A stretch of 64,000 bases of DNA. Source: Girardia tigrina. Lineage: Eukaryota. This document shows, piece after piece, positions 1 through 12,312 of the stretch. The first letter of the stretch is position 1. Every line of letters begins with the position of its first letter. The notes under the pieces were generated by a model, which was given only the letters and a program-made list of their open reading frames with translations, searched no databases and was not told the DNA's origin. The DNA is taken from NCBI GenBank assembly GCA_001938485.1, contig MQRK01168336.1, positions 1 to 64,000 of the forward strand. Reading direction: 5' to 3'. Made by a program: the position numbers and the translations under genes.

Positions 1-715
1 GCCGATACACTGTTGTGTTAGCAGTTTTTCTTTTTTTTCTGCCAACAGTGTATTGTGTTAGCTGCTATATGGTAATACTCTCTGAGTATAAGGTTTCTGT
101 TTGTATGATGGCTCTCACATACCAAAACCTCTCTCACAATTGATCGACCATGAACACAATTACATATGTCTAACTGGTGGATTGACATTGGTTATTCATG
201 CTCGAGGAGTCGTACTCAGTGTCCAAGAAAATCAGATCANNNNNNNNNNNNNNNNNNNNNNNNNNNNNNNNNNNNNNNNNNNNNNNNNNNNNNNNNNNNN
301 NNNNNNNNNNNNNNNNNNNNNNNNNNNNNNNNNNNNNNNNNNNNNNNNNNNNNNNNNNNNNNNNNNNNNNNNNNNNNNNNNNNNNNNNNNNNNNNNNNNN
401 NNNNNNNNNNNNNNNNNNNNNNNNNNNNNNNNNNNNNNNNNNNNNNNNNNNNNNNNNNNNNNNNNNNNNNNNNNNNNNNNNNNNNNNNNNNNNNNNNNNN
501 NNNNNNNNNNNNNNNNNNNNNNNNNNNNNNNNNNNNNNNNNNNNNNNNNNNNNNNNNNNNNNNNNNNNNNNNNNNNNNNNNNNNNNNNNNNNNNNNNNNN
601 NNNNNNNNNNNNNNNNNNNNNNNNNNNNNNNNNNNNNNNNNNNNNNNNNNNNNNNNNNNNNNNNNNNNNNNNNNNNNNNNNNNNNNNNNNNNNNNNNNNN
701 NNNNNNNNNNNNNNN

Positions 716-810
716 ATCGCGACCGTTGCCATGGTAACCGCGACCGTTGCTATGGTGATCGCGACCGTTGCCATGGTAACCGCGACCGTTGCCATGGCAA
801 CCACGGTAAC
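716..810. repeat. 21-bp tandem repeat (A[C/T]CGCGACCGTTGC[C/T]ATGGT[A/G]), running out of an assembly gap; possibly the tandem-repeat TIR of a MULE-type element
   Basis: About 4.5 visible units with a 21-bp period; each carries a GTTGCCATGG(T/C)AAC-like palindrome; ends in ...TAGGTACGACC. Confidence 0.85.
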
Positions 811-869
811 TAGGTACGACCCCCCCCCGGGGGGTTGTGTGGAGAACATACATTTTCCCCTACTTTTTT

Positions 870-1160
870 ACCCGTTTTAAAAACTATTGAGAGAGGGTGG
901 CCAATGAAGCACTTTATATCAGATCTTTAGATCCTAAGATTAATATGCAAACGGATCTCTCGAAAACCATATTGAGCGTGTTTAGATGACATAAAAAATA
1001 CATTGATGACACAGTCACTGCTTGCCTATATGAGCAGATTTAAAACTTATGTTTTCTTGAGACCTGACGATGACGGTTATATCGTCGAAATTAATTGTCA
1101 TAAAAAATGATCATATACAAATGGTGTGTTTTTGTTTTTAAACATAAATTGCCATCATTT
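870..1160 (+). mobile_element. Penelope-like element 3' end (GIY-YIG C-terminus plus pseudo-LTR)
   Basis: Translates NY*ERVANEALYIRSLDPKINMQTDLSKTILSVFR*, which closely parallels the PLE C-terminus at 55200-55430; followed by a hammerhead motif. Confidence 0.75.
1061..1099 (+). ncRNA. Minimal type I hammerhead ribozyme
   Basis: GAC-CTGACGA-T-GACGG(ttata)TCGTC-GAAA-TTAA-TT-GTC: intact core, stem II, palindromic loop III, stem I GAC/GTC. Confidence 0.75.
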
Positions 1161-1423
1161 TTTAATTTTCTGAATAATTATTTAAAATTAATCATTTTTT
1201 TTCAAATAGTAAAGTTTCAAGTCAGGGATGGAAAAAATATATAGATTCCGTGAGGAGATTATTGAAAATTGTTCATTGGAGGCAATTGAGAGAGAAAAAT
1301 TGTGAAATAATTAAAGAATAATAAAAACAGGGTCTACGACAAAACACTGCGAACAAAACCGAATTTAATAATTAATATAATAATAATTAAAAAATATAAT
1401 TATACAATAATGATATTATATAA

Positions 1424-1756
1424 CTAGAAAAAACCGTTATATATGACGGGTGAGCTGAATTTTCGTCTTTGAAAGTTTCTATTTTCATTTTTTAATCGTA
1501 ATTATTACAATTTATTATTTATTGTTTTGAATTCTGTGTTGATTTAATAGTCTGTCAATCAAGTCGGCTCCCGGTGTCTTTCGGCGAAGGCACTGCACAG
1601 ACAAAACCACCTTGATGCAGGCTATGTAGATTGACCACGTCTTTAACTGGATTCATTCCAATTCCTTCGTAATTTCACATTTCATAGTTTGACAAACAAA
1701 CAAACAAACACACTTTTTAGACAAATATATTACATATATTATATAATATAAAAAGA
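1424..1756 (-). mobile_element. Non-autonomous Helitron-like element
   Basis: On the - strand: 5' TC start, (TTTG)n tract near the 5' end, subterminal hairpin CCGTC-ATATAT-AACGG and 3' CTAG. Confidence 0.65.
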
Positions 1757-1784
1757 ATTGTTTTTATTTACAATCTATATAACA

Positions 1785-3031
1785 TGATAATTATTAACAA
1801 CATCAACATGAGTTTTTAAAAATTTATTAACATCATAAGCGTCTTCACTATTTGACATTTTCTTGATTATTATATTTCTAAATTCATACTAATTTTTCAA
1901 TAAATGAAAAACATTAAATAACAATTATTAATTAAAAAGATTCTAATTGGTTAAAATTAAATCTAAACATTTTAAAAAAGTACATATTAAAATAATATAT
2001 TAAAATTTTAAATTACATTTAAAAATTAAATATTACATTCAAAAATTATTTTATAACTTTTTACTTTAAAATTAAATTAAAATATTTTTAATTAGTAGGA
2101 ATCCAAGAAAATACCAATCATCCATCTTGGTAGGAGAGACACAATCCGAATCAACACACAACATGCACAATATCAACAAACAATTTAAAACATTCCTCAC
2201 ATCCCCCTTGATTTAACTGGCTTTAGCAATTCAACATTTCTAATCAAAATTCTACCATCATTGAGCTGTAACTCGTAACTCCTTTCGTGATTTCGTTTCA
2301 ACACAATTGCCGGACCCATGTAACGGTCATCTTCTTTTGATGCATTTTCTTTTTTTATCCATACTCTGTCTCCAACTTCAAAAACTCTTCTTGTCTCTAC
2401 ATTTTGTTCGACATTAACTTGGCTTCCGTTAGTTTCTTTATTGTTCTTCCACCAATGTCTTAATCGTCTCCCAAATGTTATTTCAACCGGTGAAACACCT
2501 GTTGTAGCTTCAACTGTACTATTCAACATAAATTCTATTTCCGACAAAACTTCTGTCCAATCTCTGTGGTCTCCGTCCTTCATTCTAATATTTATATCAT
2601 CTCTGTTTGTTCGAAATTGTCTTTCCATTATCTCATTTGTATTATGATGATATAGATTTGAATAGATTGTCTCGAATTTGAACCTTTTAACTGTATCTTT
2701 GAACAAAACCGATTCAAATGCTTTTCCTCTATCAACATGGATTTCTTTTGGAGGTTCAAAGTTCCATATCGAACTGTCCAATATCACTCTACGAACTGTT
2801 TTTTCATCTTGAATAGCAACTGTATTCAGGCTAATATATCTACTGAATTGGTCTACAATTGCAAGTACGTATTGATATCAGTTTATGTTTCTTTTGAATG
2901 GTCCACAGAATTCCATGTATATTTTCTGGAAAGGTTCATCTACCATCAACTTTATATGCTTTAAAGAGACACAATCCGAATCAACATACAACATGCAAAA
3001 TATTAACAAACAATTCAAAACATTCTTCACA
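1785..3031 (-). mobile_element. Internally deleted Ty3/Gypsy element: truncated 5' LTR (3031-2966), integrase fragment, PPT, 3' LTR (2201-~1785)
   Basis: The ~65-bp LTR start is repeated at 2137-2201 and 2966-3031; PPT AAGGGGGA sits directly before TGTGAGG; integrase ORF lies between. Confidence 0.8.
2197..2950 (-). pseudogene. Gypsy integrase core and C-terminus fragment
   Basis: IHVDRGKAFES (second D), NEIMERQFRT (E motif), TGVSPVEITFGR, FEVGDRVWI...YMGP (GPY/F-like); the stop codon lies inside the LTR start. Confidence 0.9.
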
Positions 3032-3663
3032 ATGATGTCAATGTAATAACATTTTTATTCAGTCCTTAGAACGTTCTTAAATTTCTCAATTAATAATATT
3101 CATTTTAATAATATTAATATTTTAATAATTTAATTATTAAATTCGGCATTTTTGTCTGCGGTGTTTTGTCGTAGACCCTGGTAGACCCTTTTACATGGTA
3201 ATTAAAATAATCATAATAAAACTCTCAGTATATATGTTTTCAATAAACTTGATAAAAAGGTAAAATATTAGTTTTTTTATTTAGCATTTATTTTTCTATA
3301 AATATTATTTTTATTAATTATATTATATTGTATACCAAGGTAAATTAATAAATTTCCATTTTTAAAATTTTAACGCTACACTAAAATGAAGAATTTTAGT
3401 TGAATTTTAATTGTTTTTATTGATTTCCCTCACATATATTATGGCTCATCAATTCACTATAATTCGAGCATTTTAATTTGATAACATCAATATTTATACC
3501 ATAGAGACACTAAGTCCAAAGTAATTATCTTATTTGAAAGATGAACACGCCCTATTTCTATAAATAAACTGAAAAAAAGAATCAGTAAAATAAGTATTTT
3601 TATTGTCAACACCAGGGAAGGTTAAATTAACTACAAGTTAAAAACTAATTGGTATTTGAAGAC

Positions 3664-4238
3664 TAGACGTGGGCACGTTTTAAAATTTTTTAAATGTTTA
3701 AACGGTCTTCGTTTAGCAAATTAAACGTTTAAAAAACGTTTAAACGATCTCTTACAGCATTGATAGATGTGGGTACGTTTTAAAATTTTCTAAACGTTTA
3801 AACGGTCTTCGTTTAGCAAATTAAACGTCTAAAATTTTAATTATAAGCTTCATCAAAAACCAATACAACTCGTTTTTAAAACTTTTGCATTCGAAAAAAT
3901 TTAGAAAATCAACAAATATAATTTAAATAATTTTACGTCTATCAAAAAAATTTACCGGAAATTTTGATGCAATTCTCAAATATGATATTAATGCTACTTT
4001 TCATAATTTGTATTTATAGTCCCACGAAAAATCTCAATAGATTGGGACAATGTGTTCTTTACAAATGAATAAGCCTTAGGTAGCGTGAAAAAAGTTTCAA
4101 AAAAGTATAACCCATTCGTGAGTTTGGAAATACGAACTTAAGAACTATACGCTCGTTTATAAATCGCTAAACGTTTAAACGTCTTAAAAATTGAAAACGT
4201 TTAAACGGTTGTTTAAACGCGAAACGTGCCCACCTCTA
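3664..4238. mobile_element. hAT-type MITE with a duplicated left end
   Basis: TIR TAGA[C/G]GTGGGCACGTTT at both ends; 8-bp TSD TTGAAGAC/TTGAAAAC (7/8 match); many AAACGTTT subterminal motifs; left ~65 bp repeated at 3764. Confidence 0.85.
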
Positions 4239-5099
4239 TTGAAAACTGTTATTGATAACTGTCACAATTTTCCAAAGCAAAGCTATGTGGAGTTAGTTAA
4301 TTTTATTTTCACTGACAAAATATAAATAATTTAAAAACTTCAAAAAAGTTTTAATCTTTTAACATAATTTAAAAATTTTTATCAATATTTTTATATTAAA
4401 ATTTAAAATTAAGCGTCATAGTATTAATTTAATTTAAATTTAAATGAATTATAATTTAAAAAAACATAATTTTTCAAAATAATAATTTTGAGATTTATAT
4501 AATTTTTAATATTTTAATTGATTTGAAATTAAAAGGTTTTTACGTTTTTTAGAATAAAATGTTTTTTTTATAATTTTAGAAGTAAATTTTATTTTAGAAT
4601 AAATAAAATTTAATTAAAAATTGAATTAAAAATATTATTTTTTATTTTCAGTTTTGAAAAAAAACAAATTATTATTTAGAAAATAATAAATAATAATATT
4701 GATGAGAAAACTGGAATTAAATAAAGCAGTGAGGAAAACCGGCAAACTGAATTTTGAAATATTCACGAAACTGGTAAATCACCAATTTAAACACAAATTG
4801 TGGAAAGAAGAATTCAGATATGAAGGGCCATATAAAATTGTAAAATTCTTCACTCCTCATCAAGTAGTTCTGAAGTATCCCAGATCCTTGAAACCGCACT
4901 GCATTGAATGATTGAAAAAGTATAAAGGACCTTCAAATTAAAAAGGCAGAAATTGGATAATTGAATGTTATTTTAATATTCAATTATTGTTGTTGTTTTA
5001 ATATTTGATTATTTGTGTTAGAATTTAAATATATTTATTCTTGATGGATTTCGATTGTGTTCTTACTGGCGACCACAGCCACTCAAATCTCGAAACCAA

Positions 5100-6237
5100 A
5101 CCGGTGATTTGCGCAGTGAGGAGAGCGGAAGAGAGAAGAAAATTATTTTCAAAATTACCACTTGCGGCTCAAGAAGCACTTGCACCGAAAGTATCATTTT
5201 TTGATGGTAAATCGGATAACGTAGGGAAATGGCTGGACGAAACAAAGGAGTTTGCGCTATTTAACCAAATGGAAATGTCATTTGCCTTTGACGTGCTTCT
5301 ATGAAGGGACTAACCTCTATTATGGAACGAATTTAATGCAAATCGGAAAGATTTTTCGAACGAAAAAGTGTCCAAATGGTTTCTAGCAACATTTACCAGA
5401 CCAAGGAGTGTCGTGGACAAATTCAAGGAGCTGAGCAACGTTTCTCAACGACACGATGAACGAGATCAATGTTTTGAGTTACGGGTAAGATCATTAGTTA
5501 CCGAAATTTTTAAAACGCCGGAAGCAATGGATGAAATTATTAAAGCATTTTTAGTACATTGCATACATAATGATAAGCTAGGAGAAGCATTTATTTTAGA
5601 ACCGGATATGTCATCAGAAAAGCATATTACAATGGCCAGTATGCTGGAGCAATTGACTCCTAAATCAGTCGCAGCAGTTTTACCAAATAGGATGAGATAT
5701 TCTGATGCTGTTAGAAAACCAAACATGGATAATTATCAACCTCGGAAAATGGGATTTCACCAATTACAAGGAAGGGAAAACAAACAATTAATAATGAAAA
5801 ATGAAAATTCCAATAATCAGCCAATACTCCCGAACCAACAACGAAATTTCCCGAACGAATCAATGAAGTCGATTGCCAAGAGATATTGTTATAGAGCATG
5901 GGGAAGACAAGAACCACGGCCTGATCTTTTAAAACCGGGTCACTGTTTTTGTTGCGGAGAAGCGGGACATAGCAGAATTGACTGCCCTTTAAATGGAAGA
6001 TACCTAGTTTGTGGGAAAGAAGGTCATAATTTTCGAGATTGTTATAAAATACACAAATCCAATAGGAAAGAAACCACCTCGCAACCAATTTTATGCATAC
6101 AAGAAGAAGAAGATTTGATTGAAGACATCATCGATTTTAATGATTCAGACAGTAACTCAGAAGTTCAATTTGGGAAGCAAGAAAAAAATGGTCCGCAACC
6201 CACAATAGCTATCTCGTCCGTCGGGTTGCATCAATAA
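5100..6237 (+). pseudogene. Gypsy gag with two CCHC zinc knuckles (frameshifted)
   Basis: FFDGKSDNVGKWL capsid-like motif; CFCCGEAGHSRIDC and (Y)LVCGKEGHNFRDC knuckles. Confidence 0.85.
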
Positions 6238-6239
6238 AG

Positions 6240-9200
6240 GAAATAAATTTCAGAGATAGAAAAAATCCAGAGAAGAATAAGAAGATGTATTAGAAGACAG
6301 ATGGTAGATTATGGAGCAGGGTTGTATGCAATGGGACAGAGTTAGAGATGTTGTGGGATTCAGGAGACTCCGTTTTAGTAATGGATGTATCATGTTGGAA
6401 GGAAATGGGTGGTCCACCGTTGAAGCCGTCAAGTGAGAAGTTGATGGGTGCTTTTTCGTCGGGCGGTGGAGCATTTTTAGGTAAAAGTAAAGTCAACGTT
6501 CAATGGGGCCACAATAGAATACAATAAAAGTATATGTTGTGAAGGGTTTAGTACCAGTCTTTATCGGGGGCATAGACATCATGAAGATGTTCGGAGTATA
6601 TCTTAAAGAAGTATTCGTCATGGATGCACAAGAAGCAGCTCTATAGATAAATACTTAGTTGATAGTGCACAAAGCTCTTAATATTTTTGCTTCAAAGAAT
6701 ATCCACAACCTTGTTCAACAATATGGAGATATATTCAGGGTTTCCACTTTCGATTTGGGACACACAACGGTTTTAAAGTACCACATTAAAACAACTGGTT
6801 CACCAGTGGTCATAAATCAGAGATTACCTCTACATTTGGAAACAGAAGGGAATAACCTGATAAATCAGTTATTATAACTTCAAGTCATAAAGCCGTGGCA
6901 AAGTCCATGGAACTCTCACCTGGTAGTTATAAAGAAAAAGGATAATAATATTCGAATGTGCTTGGATTTCCGACCATTAAACATGATTATAGAAAAATTC
7001 ACATTTCCGGTGCCACATATATACGGCCTGTTGGATGCACTGAGCGGATCAGTTATGTTTCCTTCTATCGATTTGGGTAGTGCTTACTACCATGTGGAGT
7101 TGACGGAGGAGTCAAAATTGAAAACCACTTTTAGTACCAAAATTGGACAATTTTGGTTCAATCGCTTACCTTTTGGATTGTACACTGCTCCGACAACTTT
7201 TCAAGCTTTAATGCATAAAATTTTTCACGATATGCTGTATAAAAGAGTAATTGTGTATTTGGATGATATTTTAGTGTACAGTTCTTCTGAAAAGGGTCAT
7301 GATGTTATGCTCGAGGAAGTCTTTAGTCGTATTGTAAGTGCAGATCTTAAAATCAATCCTCAGAAGTGCCGTTTGAAGGAGTCAGAAGTTAGATTTTTAG
7401 GACATGTAGTAAGTAGCAAAGGAATAGAAACATGTGAGGACAAAATGAAATCGATAAATGAAGCACCGGTTCCAAAATATGCTACTCAATTGCGTTCTTT
7501 CTTGTGTCTTGTAAATTACTACCGGCGATTTATCAAAGATTTTGTTAAAATATCAAAGCATTTATATGCGACCAGTGCCGCTAAAGAGAAATTTTACTGA
7601 TCACAGGAGTATACAGACAGTTTTGATGAACTTAAAAAGTGTCTTTCTACAAGTCCGGTATGAGGCTTCCATAAAATTAACCAAAAATGGTGCTAGATAC
7701 AGATGCCAGCTTCTCTGCTATTGGAGGGGTATTAAGTCAAATTCAAGAAGATGGATCGTAACGGGTGATAGCTTACGGATTGAGAACCCTGAGGGAGCAC
7801 GAAAAGGGCTACTGTGTTAACAGAAAGGAATTGCTAGCATTAAGAGATTACATGCTGCATTTCAAGCATTATTTATATGGAAAAAAATTCTTGGCTCGTG
7901 CCGATAATAAAGCACTTTTATTTATGTCCCAGACAAGCAAACCGCTCAGTTCTCAATTTCAGACATGGATTGAAGATCTGTCGGGTTTTCAATATGACTT
8001 TCAGTACAGGAAAGGATCAGAACATTCAAATGCAGATGGGATCTCAAGATTGTCAGAAGCATTGTGCGCTCAATGTATGACGAAACATGTTGAAGCTAAA
8101 ACAAGTAAGAGTAAAGTAAATTTTTAAACACTTGGTGCACAATGGATCTCCACCATATCAAGGACATCTAAAGAGAAGATAAAAATATTCTGGAAATTAT
8201 TACTTCATTAGAACTTAATGAACCACCTTCAATTGATCAGTCACAAGGTCCCTTGTGGGAACACATTAATCACTTTATATTAGAAGATGAATTGCTGTGC
8301 TATCGGGATGGACATATAAAACACGTGGTTGTTTCAGAAGCTGCTCAACAACGATTAATTCAGTACATTCATCAAGATTTATGTCACATAGGATATAAGA
8401 AGTTGTATGAATATATGCGGGATATCTATTCCTGGCCACAAATGCGGCAGACAATTGAGAAAGTTTCTAGAGAATGTGTTATTTGTGCAAAACGGATCGA
8501 ATTGACAACACCATCTAAGGAGACATTTTTACATCTAGATAAAAAACATTTGAAGAAGTTATAATGGATATTGCACATCTTTTACCTTCTAAAACGGGAA
8601 AGATATATGTACTTGTGATGGTTGATAGATTTAGCAAGGTATTGGTACCACTTCGTAATCAAGATAAAATACGTGATTGTTGCTATTAAAAATAGATAGA
8701 TTTATCGATACGGGAAACCCAGATCATTTTTATCAGACAGGGAAAAACTTTTGAAGACAACAAGTTGCGGGAGATGTGTAAAACCTTCAATATAACTCAA
8801 GAATTTTCGTCTCCGTACCAACACCAATCCAATCGATTAGCAGAGCGCACGATTCGTTCATTGCGTGATATGGTCGTCACTTCTAGTGCATTTAAAAATG
8901 ATTCTCTAGATTGGGAAAAACTACTTCCAAAAATTGAATTTCTTCTGAATACAATTTGGCAAAGCTCTATCGGATGTACTCCATTTGAGGTTTTATTTAA
9001 ACAGAAACTGAATTTACATGACATTTTCAATAGATTACCCCATACACAATCAAATCCGATGATAGTTGAACATAATTCTAAGTCCGCCTATCGATTACAA
9101 ATGCAAGATGATGAAAAACGATGACACCAGATTTTTCAGGTGGGGGAGGAAGTGTTAGTAAAGATGGAACCTCACAAATTGAGGAAAGAAGATTCAGATA

Positions 9201-9321
9201 TGAAGGGCCATATAAAATTGTAAAATTCTTCACTCCTCATCAAGTGGTTCTGAAGTATCCCAGATCCTTGAACCCGCGCCGCATTGAATGATTGAAAAAG
9301 TATACAAGACCTTCAAATTAA
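6240..9321 (+). pseudogene. Gypsy pol (protease-RT-RNase H-integrase) with multiple frameshifts and stops
   Basis: SPWNSHLVV, RMCLDFRPLN, LPFGL, VYLDDILV, TDAS..AIGGVLSQ, NADGISRL, HQDLCHIG...CVIC, SPYQHQSNRLAER, YEGPYKIV. Confidence 0.95.
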
Positions 9322-10854
9322 AAAGGCAGAAGTTGGATAATTGAATGTTAATTTAATATTCAATTATTGTTGTTATTTTAATATTTGATTAGAATTTAAT
9401 ATATTTATTTTTGATGGATTTCGATTGTGTTCTTACGTCTATAATTGTTCAGCGATGCTGTGGCGAAATGGATTGATTGAATTATAACAAGATAAGTGTT
9501 TACCACAATTTATTCTTGACAAAGCTAGTTCAAGTTTTAAACTATTTATTTTGTATTAAGCCTGATTAAGCTCTTAACTAACAGAGGGAGAATAAATCTG
9601 ATAATTAGATAGACTAAAGTTTTTCCAATTATTCGAATGACCAATTATTTCCAAGAACTACAAAGATGCTGCTACAGGGAAACTTAGACTTCCTATATTT
9701 ATGCTTAGATCATCTACGAAATTATAAAAGATAATTGGAACTGATTGATTATTATAAATCTGTGGATATTTTACCATCTTCATGCAAAAGTTTCAAAAAT
9801 TTGATTATCTTATGTATATAAAAGTGATTATACAAACAAATTATGAAATAGCTCACTAAATAATTCAGTAAAAAAGGAGACTTTTTTGAAAATTAATTGA
9901 TGGGAATAACTGATTTGATCAAAAATGACTCACAAGAAGCCCTCTACCAATAATTTTTAAAATTACTGCTTAGTATCTTAAAATTGTTTATCGACACATT
10001 CGGCCTACAAACTTCCATATATACAGGAATAATACTACCATTACCTAATTGTCTTTATCCAGGAATCCGCTTAGAGATGTAACACCTATTTCAAGAAAAT
10101 TGATAAATAAGATTAAAGTACAAACTAAGATGAGTTTAATTTTGTGAGATCTCTACACAATTTTTAATTTGAAGGTTTTATGACCAATTAATTTTAAAAT
10201 ACAAAATTAAAATCTTTTTAAACCTTCTTAATCATATAAAATTATTTAACTTAAATTGAAAACAGTATTTTCTTTGTTGAAATTACAAATTCTAACTAAT
10301 TTTCTCAAATTATTAAGTTTCTTATTTTGTGCAGTAACCTCATTATTAATAACTTTTTCAGAAATATAATTAGAAAAGCACTGCATAGTTGGTAACAATG
10401 ATCCTCACTTACAATTTTAAGAGCACCTTCAACTATTGAGAATTCTTTTGTCAATTAACTTCTCTTGACTTTCTGTTGTTCCATTGATTGAATCACTTAA
10501 TCTATTTATTAATGTTCAAACAAGCCTCTTTTCCTTTTTGTTGAAAGTATGTTATTAACTACCTCATAAGTTGATTACGCAATCACCATTTACATATGGC
10601 AGTAAAAGTATTAAATTTTTTTCTGAAGATGGTGGAAAATCCACCAAAATATATGGTGAAAAAAGGCAAAATTTTATATCAATAAATTTTTCAGACCCAA
10701 ATGGTGTTTTCGATTATATACAAATATTTTATTAAGTATGCATATTTTTAATTTCGCAGGATTTTTTTGTAGATCACCAACACTGTCCCTACGATTTTAT
10801 TCTTGTTTATTACTCCGATTAGAAGACCATTTATTGTTTTTCTATATTGTAGAC

Positions 10855-11380
10855 ATGAAGCTTTTCAGTATCAAGCATAACATTCACATTGTGAAATCTT
10901 ATTATAAAACTTAGAAGTTGTACTCAGAGACTATACGTACAATTAGTGCGATCTTTGGAAGTGAAAATACCCCTAAAGCAAAACCAGTTTCAAGGTTTGA
11001 AGAATTTGGGTCAGTTGCAATCAGAAAATGGCCTTGTTTAAGTTTGAAAGCTGTATCGCAAGACAGTCTGAAAGCCAACCCTGTGAAGTCGACTTGCCGT
11101 CGTTTAAAACCACTGGGTATGTCAGCATCTTCTGTGTATCGAATACTAAAAAAGATTTCCATATACACTTCTAGAAGATTTAATTGACATAAGATATTCA
11201 AACAAGCAGATCATTTAAAACAGCAAAGATACGCTTATTGAATTTTTGCTAGACATCAAAAGGATGACGATTTTGCAAAATAAATGAGCTTCATTGTAGA
11301 GGTTTCTCTCAATTTTAGGGATATTTTAACAAAAAAAACTGCCTGATTTAAGGTGACAAAAGTCTGTTTGTCAAGTCAAC
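10855..11380 (+). pseudogene. Tc1/mariner (rosa/DD41D-like) transposase N-terminal fragment
   Basis: RFEEFGSVA...NPVKSTCRRLKPLGMSASSVYRILKK HTH pattern, then decayed sequence up to NCLI*G. Confidence 0.65.
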
Positions 11381-12312
11381 GAAAAATTAACAACTGATTG
11401 GATCTCATTACCGAGTTTATTTATTTCCAAAAAACATCAAATTAGTTATTTTGTGACTGTTAAAATTTTATATTTAAACTGTTCAAGTAAATTATTGCTT
11501 CTTCGAAAGACTTATTTATAAAACTTTAATTAAGTCGATGATGTATCGATTGTCCTAAAGCAGCCTCCGATTTAGATCCAACCCTTCCGGGATCTGTGGA
11601 GTACTCCATCCTTATAACAGTTGACATTCAGTATGTTAAAGAATCCGAATATGTAAATTAGTAGATAAACAAAATAGTTAACATTATTTTATAATTTCTC
11701 TACAAGACAAATTTAAATTGAAAGTATTTTGAAGCAATATTAAATTATAAATAATATTTAGACAGTCGAAATGCATATAATTAGATTTTGATCAAATCTA
11801 TAGTGGAAAATGACATTTTCTTTCATTTTATATTTTAAATTGATATACAAATAATTTAAAAATTTTGTTTACAGTAATATTATATTTTTTCCCGGAAAAT
11901 AATAGCAGAATTTATATTCCTAGTGTAGAAAGAGTTAATTGATGGGATGACCCTTAACAACCAGGCTAAAATGGTATCAGAAAATAAAAATTAAGAACAC
12001 TAATTTTCAATACATTTATTGACATCACAACTCGAATTGCCTCCAGAATAGTTCTCCAAAAAACTTTCGTCGCTGGACATTATTCTTGATTGATAAATTT
12101 AAATTTTATTTCTAAATCTCTTATTTCAAAGTGCAAAAAATGTTTAAAAGATTTATAACCGAAATGAGTTGGTGAGGCTCATGACAAATCAAGCATGCTG
12201 ATTGCACAAGTAACATTAAAACTTTACTAGAACGTCAAATTTTGAAGTTATGACAGTTTTCGTATATGTGTAGGAACGTTAATTAAATAAAAATGTTTGA
12301 TATTAACATTTC

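Larger units (their letters stand above)
1328..3180. mobile_element. Non-autonomous TIR element (hAT-like CAGGG ends) hosting nested insertions
   Basis: CAGGGTCTACGACAAAACAC at 1328 and its reverse complement GTGTTTTGTCGTAGACCCTG ending at 3180; no clear TSD. Confidence 0.6.
4792..9436 (+). mobile_element. Near full-length degenerate Ty3/Gypsy LTR retrotransposon
   Basis: Direct terminal repeats 4792-5066 and ~9173-9436; PBS-like TGGCGACC at 5067; gag-PR-RT-RH-IN order. Confidence 0.93.

Noticed and set aside
101-880. Long ORFs in the ORF track spanning 240-715 (also 18045-18485)
   Set aside because: They are open only because they cross N-gaps; ATVAMVT is simply the translation of the 21-bp repeat
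9440-10620. Moderately complex sequence after the Gypsy element
   Set aside because: No sustained ORF or recognisable motif; probably old transposon debris
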